Positions 30,149 through 40,527 of a DNA stretch of 64,000 bases are shown piece after piece. The DNA lies in NCBI GenBank assembly GCA_039586365.1, contig JBDHKN010000037.1, positions 1 through 64,000 of the forward strand, written 5' to 3'. The DNA is from Gemmatimonadota bacterium (GTDB lineage: Bacteria > Gemmatimonadota > Gemmatimonadetes > Gemmatimonadales > GWC2-71-9). How positions within the stretch are numbered: position 1 is the first letter of the stretch; the number at the start of each line of letters is the position of its first letter. Under the pieces are notes generated by a model that saw nothing but the letters and a program-made list of their open reading frames with translations, ran no database searches and was not told where the DNA came from. The position numbers and the translations under genes were made by a program.

Positions 30149-33133
30149 CTAGCTCTCCTCACAGAGAACAATGCCCCGCCCAGTGTTCCCATCCACCAGC
30201 ACCTGCACTGGATTTTCCAATCTGATATGGCGGATCACTCCGTCCAGTTCCTCTTGCAGCGACGGTTGCTGTTTGAGCCAGTCCCAGTTCACCCGCCCCT
30301 TCCCCCGGCGTTGGTGCACAGTGAGGTATGCAATCCCAAATGCGGTGATGTTATGGAAGAAGTGCGAACCGTGCGACGGTTCCACTTCGGTGTCTCCAAA
30401 ATCGGTCTCGACGATTGCGCGAGCTGCTGAGATCTGTGGCCACGCCACCGGAATGCCGTACCAGGAGTCTTGCGAACCCCAACGGCCTGGCCCGATCAGT
30501 ATGTAGTTCCGTCCCTCCTGATAGAGGGTGCGGTTCATGCGTTCTATTATAGTCGCCGTTTGCTGGGTATTGGCACGATCGAACCGGTCCGCGTCGATCA
30601 CGACCAAGTCGGATACCGAGGTCCTGCGCCCATGCCCCAAGACATCCTCGGAGTACACCACGGCCGCCGCAGGAAAGTCACTATCCACCACTACATCGAT
30701 GGAAGCCTCTTCAACCATGATAGGACGCACCTGTAGCAAGTAGAAGATGGGTGATCCCTTCTGCTGGTCATTGAAATCCACGGCGAACTCGATCTCGACC
30801 GGGCACTCCATTGCCTCTCGTGCCAGATCTAGAACCTGGCAGAGCATCTGGGGAAGAGGGAAGGCACGGTCCTTTAGCAACGGGGCAAATGTGATCACCG
30901 GGCTGCCTCCACGGACTCTGCCACCGGTGATGGCATCATCCGCCCGCACATAGCTGGACACCACCATGCTGGCTGCACCCTGCTCGACCGCCTCACCCGC
31001 TTCTCGATGGAGGAGATTGGAATCTGGGGGCATGGCGGCTATCATGTCATCGCGGGCCATATCCAGGGCATAGAATCGCCGCTGAGCATTGCGCAGGGTG
31101 TCCTTGACGCTGGAGAACTGAGGTACGATCTCGGGGTGGCGGGGACAGAACCGCAGCGATTCATATCCTTCTACTACTGATTTCCCAAGCCCCAACGCAA
31201 CATGGGCCACACCATCCTCCCGCCTGATGTTGCCGAACGGATAGAAGTTGTATGAGGAGGCCACGCCAGACAGGGTTGGGTAGAACAGATCGTCGCGGCG
31301 GCTTCCGACCAGCTTCTGCAGCAAGACCGCCATCCGTTCTTCCTCAACCCGATGCGGCGTGCCCCCCAAGTAGTCGCGGGCCTGGCTCAAGAACGTGGAG
31401 GCGTAGACCAACTTGATCGCCTCCAGCAGTTGCGCCAGCCGGACGTCGAGCGAGGGGTGGTTGTTGGGCAACATGAACGTGGCGTAGACCCCTGCGAACG
31501 ACTGGTACAGGGAATCCTCGAGGATGCTCGAAGACCGAACCGCCAGTGGCTGGGTGAACTGCGCCAGAAAACTGGCCAGCTCCGCACGCCGCTCCCGGTT
31601 GAACCGGGCTTGGCGAAAAACCCGTACTATATCGGCGTCGGTCAGGGAACTCACTTCCCGGGGAAGCCGCTGTAGCTGGTTCTCGACCAGAAACTGCTCG
31701 AAAACATCGCCGGCCAGGGCCACAGTCTGGGGGATGTCGATTTCGACACCAGGAATGTCCAGCCTCTCAACGGCGAGGAGCTTCTGAACAAAGGCGAGCC
31801 CCCTTCCCTTCCCACCCAAGGAGCCCGACCCAATCTTAGCGAACGCGACATACTCATCGAACTCCTCAGCGTTATAGTCGATCATTGCATGCCGCTGAAG
31901 TTGCCGTAGATAGTCCGTGATCGAGGAGATCAGCCACTGTCGCAGGATCTGGATCGAGGGGAACTCTTCGACCCCGACCGGGCGGAGCAGAGCTGCTAGC
32001 TCGAACTCAGTTCGCGCCTTGAACCAGGCTGAGAAGTGATTCCGCTCAGCATGGTACTGGATCGACTCTTCGGGTATCTGCTGCAACGAGCGGATCATCT
32101 CGCGCATGTCGCGGGCGCGCGCGATCTCGCTACCATCCGGGTGCCGGAACACAAAGTCTCCGAACCCGAAATTTTCGATGATGAAATGCCTCAGTTCATC
32201 GAGCATGTGCGGGGAGCGCTTGTGTAGGAAGCTGGTGCCTATTTCCTGACTCGCTTGCCGGTGCGCCTTGTTCGTCGATTGGAGGAGGAATGGCAGGTCC
32301 GGCACCTGCTCCCTCACCTGGTGAGCGAGATCGATACCAGCATTCTCTGTCAGCTTGCCGCGCTTGGGAAAACTGACATCCGAGATAATCCCCAAGATAT
32401 TGGAGCGGTACCGCTCGAACAGTGCCCAGGCCTGTTCGTAGTCCTGGGCAAGCAGGATCTTGGGACGGGCCCTTATCCGCAGCAAGCGATGCGATAGGTT
32501 CAACCCTTCAGCCATGAGGCGGCCGGTCTGCAGGGTAACCTCGGTGTAGATGTGAGGCAGGTAAGTGGAGTAGAAACGCACCTCGTCCTCGACCAGGATA
32601 ATCACTTGCACTCCACCCACGAGAATGTCATGGTCCGCGTTGCGTTGATCCTCAACCTGCTTGATCATCGCCAACAGCGCCTTTACGTCACCCTGCCAGA
32701 GGAAAAGGAAATCGACATCACCTGACGCGCGGAGGTCTTCCAGTTCAGGCAGGTTCCACGCGTGGGCAACGAGCACACAGACTGATAGGTCAGGACGCGA
32801 CTGTTTGACGTGCCGGGCGAACTTACCCACGTCCATATCAGGCAGCCGGGGGCTCGCCACGACCATCTCGAAACTGCGTTCTTCCTGCTCCAACAGTCGC
32901 AACGCCTCTGCCCCACTCGTCGCCCCAGCGAAGTGGGGCGTAAAGCGAAGGTTCAGCGCAAGGCTACGGTATTCCTCGAGGAGTAGCTCCGTAAGCTGAC
33001 CCTCTTCCTCGAGCACGAACGTGTCATAATGGGAAGCAACAAGCAGGATCTCCTGGACCCTGAACTCCATGAGATCCTTGAACTCGTCGGTGCGCATCCC
33101 ATAGCGGGTCGTGAGTTCGAGCTCGGCTGTCAT
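30149..33133 (-). CDS. Receiver-like domains fused to a PEP-synthase/PPDK N-terminal (ATP-grasp) domain
   Basis: Receiver-like ILVEDE..IISDVSFP; HAERNHFSAWF; GSLGGKGRGL; LAVRSSSILED; EIEFA; LQVRP. No PEP-binding C-terminal domain. Confidence 0.88.
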   Translation of the reverse strand: MTAELELTTRYGMRTDEFKDLMEFRVQEILLVASHYDTFVLEEEGQLTELLLEEYRSLALNLRFTPHFAGATSGAEALRLLEQEERSFEMVVASPRLPDMDVGKFARHVKQSRPDLSVCVLVAHAWNLPELEDLRASGDVDFLFLWQGDVKALLAMIKQVEDQRNADHDILVGGVQVIILVEDEVRFYSTYLPHIYTEVTLQTGRLMAEGLNLSHRLLRIRARPKILLAQDYEQAWALFERYRSNILGIISDVSFPKRGKLTENAGIDLAHQVREQVPDLPFLLQSTNKAHRQASQEIGTSFLHKRSPHMLDELRHFIIENFGFGDFVFRHPDGSEIARARDMREMIRSLQQIPEESIQYHAERNHFSAWFKARTEFELAALLRPVGVEEFPSIQILRQWLISSITDYLRQLQRHAMIDYNAEEFDEYVAFAKIGSGSLGGKGRGLAFVQKLLAVERLDIPGVEIDIPQTVALAGDVFEQFLVENQLQRLPREVSSLTDADIVRVFRQARFNRERRAELASFLAQFTQPLAVRSSSILEDSLYQSFAGVYATFMLPNNHPSLDVRLAQLLEAIKLVYASTFLSQARDYLGGTPHRVEEERMAVLLQKLVGSRRDDLFYPTLSGVASSYNFYPFGNIRREDGVAHVALGLGKSVVEGYESLRFCPRHPEIVPQFSSVKDTLRNAQRRFYALDMARDDMIAAMPPDSNLLHREAGEAVEQGAASMVVSSYVRADDAITGGRVRGGSPVITFAPLLKDRAFPLPQMLCQVLDLAREAMECPVEIEFAVDFNDQQKGSPIFYLLQVRPIMVEEASIDVVVDSDFPAAAVVYSEDVLGHGRRTSVSDLVVIDADRFDRANTQQTATIIERMNRTLYQEGRNYILIGPGRWGSQDSWYGIPVAWPQISAARAIVETDFGDTEVEPSHGSHFFHNITAFGIAYLTVHQRRGKGRVNWDWLKQQPSLQEELDGVIRHIRLENPVQVLVDGNTGRGIVLCEES

Positions 33134-33234
33134 ACTCTTCCTCTGGGCGAGGTGAAGCGGATTGCCCTCAGGCTCACAGTGAGGTCACTTCAAACGGAAC
33201 GGGGTAGCGACCTTGTGCCCTCGTCCCCGACTCC

Positions 33235-34401
33235 TCAGACACCACCTCCCGCCGCTTCACGCAGCAGATTTCGCGCAATCACCAGACGTTGAATCTGATT
33301 CGTTCCTTCATAGATCTGGGTGATCTTCGCGTCGCGCATGTATTTCTCGATCGGATAGTCCTTGCAGTAGCCGTACCCACCGAACAACTGGACAGCATCC
33401 GTCGTCACTTTCATCGCCACGTCGGTGGCCATCAACTTGCACATCGCGGAGACTTTGGTGATGTGTTTATGGCCTGAGTCGATGGTCCGAGCTGCGTGAT
33501 GCACCAGGGCGCGGGCGGCCTCGATCTGAGTCGCCATGTCCGCCAGCATCCACTGGACGCCCTGAAACGAACTTACCGACTGACCGAATTGTTGTCGCTC
33601 GTGCGTGTATTGGAGTGCTAGATCGAGGGCACCCTGAGCCAGACCGACAGCCTGCGCCGCCACGCCCGGGCGGGCCCGATCCAGCGTGATCATGGCATGC
33701 TTGAAGCCGCGCCCCTCCTGGCCACCCAACAGGTTCTCTGCCGGCACCCGACAATCGTCCAAGTGGATCTCGACCACCGGAACGCAACGGATACCCATCT
33801 TGTCCTCATGCTTGCCAATGCGATAGCCGGGGGTTCCCTCCTCGACGAGAAACGCTGACACACCACGCGCACCGCGACCGGGTTCGGTCACAGCGAAGAT
33901 GGTATTCAGCGACGCGACGGCACCACCGGTGTTCCATTTCTTCTCACCGTTCAAGACGTAACTATCCCCATCCCGCTCGGCGCGTGTGGTCATGGATCCT
34001 GCGTCCGACCCGGCTTCCTTCTCGGACAAGCCAAATGCCACGAGCTTTTCTCCGGCCGCCACTGGGGGTAGCCAGCGTTCCTTTTGCTCATCCGTACCGC
34101 CGACTATGATGGGGAACGATCCCAGAGCGTTCACGGCGAAGCCCACCCCCATGCCCCCACAGGCCCGCGAAAACTCCTCGACCACGATGCACAGATCGAG
34201 CACACCTCCACCGAGACCGCCGTATTGTTTGGGAATCCAAGCACCCGAGAGTCCTGCCTGCTTGATAGCTTGCTGGACCTCCCAGGGATAGGTCTGCTCA
34301 ACATCGTACTTGGCGGCGACAGGACGCATGACCGTGTCAGCCAGTTCCCGTGCCCGGTTTCTGAGGTCGATCTGCTGAGGCGTGTAGAGCTCTTCTATCA
34401 T
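33235..34401 (-). CDS. Acyl-CoA dehydrogenase
   Basis: Motifs FGLSEKEAGSD, KMGIR, ERQQFG, QLFGGYGY and IYEGTNQIQR. Confidence 0.96.
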   Translation of the reverse strand: MIEELYTPQQIDLRNRARELADTVMRPVAAKYDVEQTYPWEVQQAIKQAGLSGAWIPKQYGGLGGGVLDLCIVVEEFSRACGGMGVGFAVNALGSFPIIVGGTDEQKERWLPPVAAGEKLVAFGLSEKEAGSDAGSMTTRAERDGDSYVLNGEKKWNTGGAVASLNTIFAVTEPGRGARGVSAFLVEEGTPGYRIGKHEDKMGIRCVPVVEIHLDDCRVPAENLLGGQEGRGFKHAMITLDRARPGVAAQAVGLAQGALDLALQYTHERQQFGQSVSSFQGVQWMLADMATQIEAARALVHHAARTIDSGHKHITKVSAMCKLMATDVAMKVTTDAVQLFGGYGYCKDYPIEKYMRDAKITQIYEGTNQIQRLVIARNLLREAAGGGV

Positions 34402-34667
34402 TGTTCTACTCTTGTTCCTTGTTTGCAGTGTCAATTGGTAGGTCTGTCCCCGCGGACAAAGAATACTACACGGTGACGCAACTCTGAACCACAGGCCTGT
34501 TCTCCCACCATCCGAGAAGTCGCCACACACCCAAGAGGGAGCAGCCTCTAAACGGGACAACAAAGACTTGGCTGTGTTGTGACCGGGATCACGCCGCTTT
34601 GAGCGATGTTGTGAGATTATGTAATGCGGTGTAAAACGCACATGGTCCGGAAGGTGAGGGACACCAG

Positions 34668-35060
34668 TTGATAGTCCGAGAGGCTCTACCCCGGCTCGCA
34701 CTCAACGTGCCGCTGATAGCCCGGAAGACAGCCGCTGAGGTGGAACGAATCCTGGGAAGACCGTCCAGATGTTCGAGACTGCAGCTCAACGGGCAGGTCA
34801 GAAACATCTACCGCAACGGCGCCATCGAAGTCGTCTTCATTGAGGGAAAGGCCAGCTGGATCAAGCTATTCGATACACGTGACCTGGCGTTTGGGGTAGA
34901 CTCGCTCCCCAAACTCGGTCTGCCCGCCGTCAAGCCAACTTACGTCAACAAGAAGCACGTGATGAGCTGGGGCAACGTCTCCAACTTGAAGGAGGTGAGT
35001 CTGTATTCAGACGGAAATTCAGGAGTCTCATATGTTCTGATCTGTGCATGCGTTTCTTGA
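34668..35060 (+). CDS. Hypothetical protein
   Basis: 130-aa ORF; RBS gaggg before TTG; globular-looking composition. Confidence 0.6.
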   Translation: MIVREALPRLALNVPLIARKTAAEVERILGRPSRCSRLQLNGQVRNIYRNGAIEVVFIEGKASWIKLFDTRDLAFGVDSLPKLGLPAVKPTYVNKKHVMSWGNVSNLKEVSLYSDGNSGVSYVLICACVS

Positions 35061-35302
35061 AGCCGACCGCAACAAGTTCCGTTCGACCAAATACACTGTG
35101 AATCCGCTCCAGCGTGGCCTGTTATATGCGAGAGTACGCTAAATCCCATCCTTCAGGCTGGCCACACGTCGCCGCGGGAGTATTGTCCGCGGGGCGCGCC
35201 AATTGCATTATTGGGATGACCCCGTTCCTCCCAGCACGGCTCCGAAGCGCTGCCGCGGCAGGCGGACCACGACCCAAGCGGGACGCTAGGAAGGAAGTGA
35301 TT

Positions 35303-35536
35303 ATGTCTTGGTGCCGGACATGCAACGAATACCATTTTGGCATGTGCCCCACGGTCTGGTTCTGTTCCAACTGTCAGACGGTACACGAGGATGTATGTCC
35401 CCAGAGTGGCGCCGGGCCGCTGCCCCCGGAGACGGATGAAGCTCACCTGAAGTGCCTGCGGTGCGGCTGGTATCACCACCACAATGAAATGTGTCGGCCG
35501 GCAGCAAGTGACACTCACGACCAAGAGCCGGACTAG
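35303..35536 (+). CDS. Small protein with three CxxC-H-C motifs
   Basis: RBS aggaagg; CRTCNEYHFGMC, CSNCQTVHEDVC and CLRCGWYHHHNEMC. Confidence 0.7.
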   Translation: MSWCRTCNEYHFGMCPTVWFCSNCQTVHEDVCPQSGAGPLPPETDEAHLKCLRCGWYHHHNEMCRPAASDTHDQEPD

Positions 35537-35676
35537 AACCCGCCCTGTGACCGGCCCGGTTGTCCTGAGGCAATTCCGCATACTGAAATGCCTACCATGG
35601 TTCACCACAGGCCCCTGGAACCTGGCACGATACGACCAGGATACCGACCTTGTCGGCAACCCGCCGGGGTAATACG

Positions 35677-35895
35677 ATGACTCGGGAATATTGCTACCAC
35701 TGTGGGGGTGAATTGGCTGACGGTGCTCCTCCTCGCATCACCTCAACCGAGGTCGCTCCCGCCAATCCGCGACCCGGCCAACCTTGCCGCTGCGAGGAGA
35801 TCCCCAAGGACACCGGAATCAAACTCCGCATCAGCGGCCCCTACAATGCCGATCAACCCGCTCAGGACACCAGCAAACCGGAGGCCGATGGCTAG
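35677..35895 (+). CDS. Small Cys-containing protein (CYHCG...CRC)
   Basis: ATG preceded by ggggt; zinc-ribbon-like CxxCG and CxC. Confidence 0.55.
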   Translation: MTREYCYHCGGELADGAPPRITSTEVAPANPRPGQPCRCEEIPKDTGIKLRISGPYNADQPAQDTSKPEADG

Positions 35896-35965
35896 CCCAG
35901 CTCAACCGACCTCACGACCACTAGCGCGACAACGAGCGAGCGGCATCCTCTGACACGGTACCCTG

Positions 35966-36280
35966 TCACTTAGTGCTGTTTATGATGGAGCTAGCTGCAT
36001 CGTGGTACGCCTGCATCATATTGGAGAACGCCTGCATTGCCTCCAGCTGTTGGCGTTGTTGCTGCTTGAGAGCGTCCAACTGACGAATGTCGCCCAATAC
36101 CGAGAAGTGTTCCGCATCCTGCTCGTCTGTACTACCATCACTTTCCTGAGGTTTGAGATGGCCGGACTCAGCGGTGGCAAACTCGAAACCGTATCTTGCC
36201 GCGAGCTCGCCCAGTTCACGTGAGAGTACAGGGTCCTTCGCTATCAGCTCGAGAAAATCGATCATAGTGCCCTTACGCAT
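35966..36280 (-). CDS. Small protein with Nif11-leader-like N-terminus and needle-subunit-like C-terminal helix
   Basis: RBS ggaggg; DFLELIAKDPVLSRELGELAARYGFEF ... MQAFSNMMQAYHDAASSIINSTK. Confidence 0.7.
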   Translation of the reverse strand: MRKGTMIDFLELIAKDPVLSRELGELAARYGFEFATAESGHLKPQESDGSTDEQDAEHFSVLGDIRQLDALKQQQRQQLEAMQAFSNMMQAYHDAASSIINSTK

Positions 36281-36660
36281 AGTGCCCTCCCAGTAACTCC
36301 AGCGGCTGATCCTCCAAATGTGCGGCTCGGCACCAGCGGCGACAAGCGTGACAGACTGTGCCGATCCACGCCACCATCGGAGCGCTGGGGCAGTTGGCCG
36401 AACCATCCGTAGGGGGCCTCTGAACATGGCGACTGGCGGACGTCACACTGTCCGTCGGCTCGGTATCCGGCGTGCAAAACCCGTGTGCTCGAGATCGGTG
36501 GGGTGCCCTCCGGCTCTACCGACACATATGTTTCATTCCAAACAGGCGTACCCATCTGCACTGTTCCACCGTGTCCGGCACGCCAACCGTGCCCGGCGCG
36601 TGATGAACGGGTCTGCGCCTTGACGAATTGATGGTTTCCCTCTCGATCCTCGAGGTACTC

Positions 36661-38946
36661 ATGGTTAGCTCCATTCGAGAAAGAACCTGCACCGCGCTAG
36701 CCCCTTTCGTGCTTGCCGCCTGCGCCGCGGGCATCGCGTCACAAATGGCCTGGGCCCAGGTAGCCGGCGAAGGCCTGCGCCCCATGACGTTCATGGACGT
36801 ACAGCTCTTCAACAGAGCCGGTTCACCTACACCGAGCCCCGATGGCAAATGGCTCCTCTATACCGTCACAACGCCGGATTGGGACGAGGCCGAGAGCCAG
36901 ACTGATATCCACCTCGTTTCTCTTCAGGAGGGCCTTCCCTCCCACAAACAGATGACTTTCACCGAGGGGAAGAACGAGACCTCACCCCGCTGGTCCCCAG
37001 ACGCGAGCTTCTTCGTGTTTGCGTCGAATCGCGAAGCGTCGGGCAGCGGGAATCAGAACCAGCTCTATCTCATGCGCCTCGACGGAGGTGAGGCACGCCG
37101 CATCACTGATGCGAAGGACGGAGTCTCCAACTTCGCTTTCAGCCGCGACGGGCGGTGGCTGGTCTTTCGGGCTGGTAAGTCTGGGGAGCAACAGCTCTGG
37201 CGCCTGCCGGTCGAGGGGATTGTCGCTGCCGACGCGGAGCAGATCACACACGAATCGGCAGGCATCGAGGAATGGGAGTGGGCGCCGGACAGCCGCAGCA
37301 TCTACTTCACGCGACCGGACTCCTTGGACGAGGACCAGGCGCTCCGCCGGGAGAAGGGCTTCACGGTGGATATCAAGAACATGGTGACACCCCTCTCCAA
37401 TCTGTGGGTCCTGAATCTGGAATCAGATTCCCTGTCCACGCGGCAGCTTACCGATGACCCCAGCATCAGCGTCACTGGATTTGAGATCTCGGATGACGGC
37501 AATTGGATCGCGTTCACCGGGGGCTCTGCCAAGCGCTATGAGCGCAATATCACCGGGGCCCGCCTCTACGCCGACCAGATCCTACTCGAGACCGCCACCG
37601 GCCACATCGAGCGCTTGACGGACAATTACGAGGTTGGCGAGGGTGGGGCGAGCTTCTCTCCCGACGGACGCTGGATTGCGTTCTCCGCCCCGGACGACAT
37701 GACGCGATACACGATGACCGATAATCGCGTGTACATCCGGGAAGTGACGGATCGCGGCGGCGCTTTCCGGAAGCTTGGTTCTGCGTTCGATGGCGGAGTG
37801 AGCGTGGGTTTCTGGTCCGACGACAGTCGCACGATCTACTTCAGCACTGGCGTCAAGGTCACCACGCAACTCCACGCGCTCGACGTACGCAGTGGCGAGG
37901 TGCGCCAAGTGACCGACGAGAGGGCCGCTCTCTCCGTTGACCGCGATGACGATACTGGCGTCCTCCTCATCGGCTACTCTGACCCCACGACGCCACCGAC
38001 CTACTTCACGGTCGCCTCGATCGATCGGATCACCAGCCGGTCGAACTGGATCCAGCTCATGGACGTGAACCCGCAAGTGCGCGAACTGGCTCTGGGCGAG
38101 GAGGTCGAGATAAACTGGACCTCGAGCGACGGCAAGACAGTCGGCGGAATCCTGGTCAAACCAGTAGGCTACCAAGAGGGCCAACGCTACCCGCTCATAG
38201 TTGCCATTCACGGGGGGCCTGCCTCGGCAGACGTGCTCCGGTTCAACGGTGGCTATAACTCGCAGGTGTTCGCGGGCGCAGGATACGCGGTCCTCAAACC
38301 GAACTACCGCGGCTCCCGGAATTACGGTTACGCTCACCGGACCGACATCGTAGGTGACTACTTCACGCTGGGCTTCGACGACATCATGACGGGTGTTGAC
38401 TACCTGATCGAACAGGGGATCGTCGATGGCGATCGCATGGGCGCCCTGGGTTGGAGCGCCGGCGGCCACTGGTCCAACTGGATCCTGACCCACACCGACC
38501 GGTTCAAGGCCATCAGCTCCGGTGCCGGTACGATGAACTGGATCTCCATGTACGCCCAGAGCGACGTGCAGCGGAATAGGCAGTTCTACATCGGTGACGA
38601 CTTCCTGTACGACAACTTCGAGCCATACTGGGACCAGTCACCGCTCAAATACATCAAGAACGCCAAGACCCCGACCATGATCCATGTCGTTGAAGGGGAC
38701 CCGCGAGTACCGAGCCCGCAGTCGGTGGAACTGCACATGGCCTTGAAGAAACTGGGAGTCGAGACGGAGCTCTTCATGTATCCGGGCCGCAGCCACGGCA
38801 TCCCCGATCCCCGCAACCGGTTGGTGAAGGCGGTGGCCGAATTGGCATGGATGGACTATTACGTGCGTGGCAAGGGACAGAAGTTCGCCTGGCGTGACGT
38901 ATTGCAGACGCTGGAGTCTGACGAGTCAGGGGAACAGAGCCACTAG
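36661..38946 (+). CDS. Secreted S9 family peptidase (acylaminoacyl/dipeptidyl peptidase)
   Basis: WD40-like WSPD repeats; IHGGP, NYRGS; catalytic GWSAGG, DPRV and H. Confidence 0.95.
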   Translation: MVSSIRERTCTALAPFVLAACAAGIASQMAWAQVAGEGLRPMTFMDVQLFNRAGSPTPSPDGKWLLYTVTTPDWDEAESQTDIHLVSLQEGLPSHKQMTFTEGKNETSPRWSPDASFFVFASNREASGSGNQNQLYLMRLDGGEARRITDAKDGVSNFAFSRDGRWLVFRAGKSGEQQLWRLPVEGIVAADAEQITHESAGIEEWEWAPDSRSIYFTRPDSLDEDQALRREKGFTVDIKNMVTPLSNLWVLNLESDSLSTRQLTDDPSISVTGFEISDDGNWIAFTGGSAKRYERNITGARLYADQILLETATGHIERLTDNYEVGEGGASFSPDGRWIAFSAPDDMTRYTMTDNRVYIREVTDRGGAFRKLGSAFDGGVSVGFWSDDSRTIYFSTGVKVTTQLHALDVRSGEVRQVTDERAALSVDRDDDTGVLLIGYSDPTTPPTYFTVASIDRITSRSNWIQLMDVNPQVRELALGEEVEINWTSSDGKTVGGILVKPVGYQEGQRYPLIVAIHGGPASADVLRFNGGYNSQVFAGAGYAVLKPNYRGSRNYGYAHRTDIVGDYFTLGFDDIMTGVDYLIEQGIVDGDRMGALGWSAGGHWSNWILTHTDRFKAISSGAGTMNWISMYAQSDVQRNRQFYIGDDFLYDNFEPYWDQSPLKYIKNAKTPTMIHVVEGDPRVPSPQSVELHMALKKLGVETELFMYPGRSHGIPDPRNRLVKAVAELAWMDYYVRGKGQKFAWRDVLQTLESDESGEQSH

Positions 38947-39162
38947 GCTCCTGGCAGTTGGTATGGGGCACGAGCGCATCGAGTCTCGTCACCCATCATC
39001 GGTCGGAGATGATCCAGCCCCGGGCGCCGCTGGCGGTCGGGGCTTTGGGCGTGAGCCGCCCGCTGCGAGGCCACGCGTTACGCAGCCGGCAAAACTGTGA
39101 CCCAGACTGCGACCCTGGGCCCGGCAGTCAGGGAGAGTTCCACGTCGGCGCGGCAGGGAGTG

Positions 39163-39561
39163 CTAAGCGACTGCGATCGAGAGCAGCACGGCGAGCAAAG
39201 CCATCAAAACCGCCCATAGGGACCAACGGTTGGCGCTGCGGGACGCAGTGTTTGCCACCAGTGCGAGTTTCGAGGCTTCAGCTGCCAACCGGTAGGCGCC
39301 GCGAGCGATTTCGACTGGATCGGTTTGCCAATCCGCTTCTGCTGACGGCTGGCGCCGGTCATCGTTTGAATCCCCAGAATAGGTTGGCCCTTGTTGCTGG
39401 GGAGCACCCCAGGCACGCCTCTGGGATTTGTCCCCGGAGTTCTCCAAGGAGATCTTGTGTTGGATTCTCTTGATCTCGTCCGGGTCGCGCTGTGACAAGA
39501 AAACCTCTGCTGGCTCGCTCTGGATGTGGCTCACTTGGTGCACCTGCAAGAGGAGCCCCAA
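39163..39561 (-). CDS. Hypothetical protein with C-terminal TM helix, possibly degraded
   Basis: Ala-rich helix followed by WSLWAVLMALLAVLLSIAVA; start uncertain. Confidence 0.4.
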   Translation of the reverse strand: MGLLLQVHQVSHIQSEPAEVFLSQRDPDEIKRIQHKISLENSGDKSQRRAWGAPQQQGPTYSGDSNDDRRQPSAEADWQTDPVEIARGAYRLAAEASKLALVANTASRSANRWSLWAVLMALLAVLLSIAVA

Positions 39562-39752
39562 GAATGATCTTTGCTGCTAGGCGTCGTCCGATCAGATGCC
39601 TGTGTTCAAGGCGCGCGATTCCTTGGAAACACATTTTGCAAGTACCAGGCCAGCTACCTGTCGGCAGCATCCGCGCGGACCAGTCTTGGCAGAGCCGGGC
39701 CGAGGGATGGTGTTACTCACCGCAGCCTGCCACTCGTACCCGGTGTGTAGTA

Positions 39753-40076
39753 TCAAGGAGCTTCCCAGCGCCGCTGCAGCTCGCCCAATGATTCGACGTC
39801 AATGGCGTACTCGATCCCGGCTGCATCTAGCGAATCCTGCGCCGCCATGGCTACCGAGTGAGCCGGCCAGAAGCGCGACTTCGGCCACAGGCGACGCTTG
39901 CGGCTCGAGGTTGTCCGGATTAGCTGAGGACCCGCCCGGTGCTTCAGCTCCACTAACCACTCCTTGCCAATCGGCGCGTCGATCCACCCCATGTCTGCCG
40001 CGAATTGGACGCAGACCTCGACGAGTTGAGTCGGGGTCAGGGTTATTCGTTCGCTGGTGGGTCTGTCGGGTGGCAT
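39753..40076 (-). CDS. Hypothetical protein
   Basis: Strong RBS aggagg before ATG at 40076. Confidence 0.65.
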   Translation of the reverse strand: MPPDRPTSERITLTPTQLVEVCVQFAADMGWIDAPIGKEWLVELKHRAGPQLIRTTSSRKRRLWPKSRFWPAHSVAMAAQDSLDAAGIEYAIDVESLGELQRRWEAP

Positions 40077-40527
40077 CGGTGTCCTCCTGCAGGAGTTGAC
40101 GTCGCCCACGTCGTTGGCCGGGCACAACCCATCTTGCACTGCAAGACTGATGCTCGCACCGGGCGACTTCAACTAGCAGGCTTTGCCGTGCAAGTGGCTG
40201 GAGGACCTCTGTCGCATGTGATGATCATCGACGCCGGCGAACACCATCTCGGTCATCGATTCGATAAGCGCTAGGACGGTGTACGGTAGTCCCGGCCTCT
40301 CAGGCGGCGGGTCTCGCATAGATTCAACAGTGTCGCCGCAATCCCTACTTGCTCCCGTAGCGACAGTACCACGGTGTCGTATCTTCGCCACTCTTGCCGA
40401 CCCTGAAATTGCACAGCATCATAGTATGTACGAGGTCCAAAGGATTTCACACGGCGTCACGGGACCTTCGATCCCCAGCTGATCCGACACCCGCGTGACC
40501 CGTTGAGTCAGCGAACCGAGCTGAGTC

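Noticed and set aside
39753..40391. Two same-frame ORFs separated by one TAG (possible readthrough or pyrrolysine)
   Set aside because: The downstream ORF has its own strong RBS and ATG at 40076. No pyl genes or recognisable domain span the stop.
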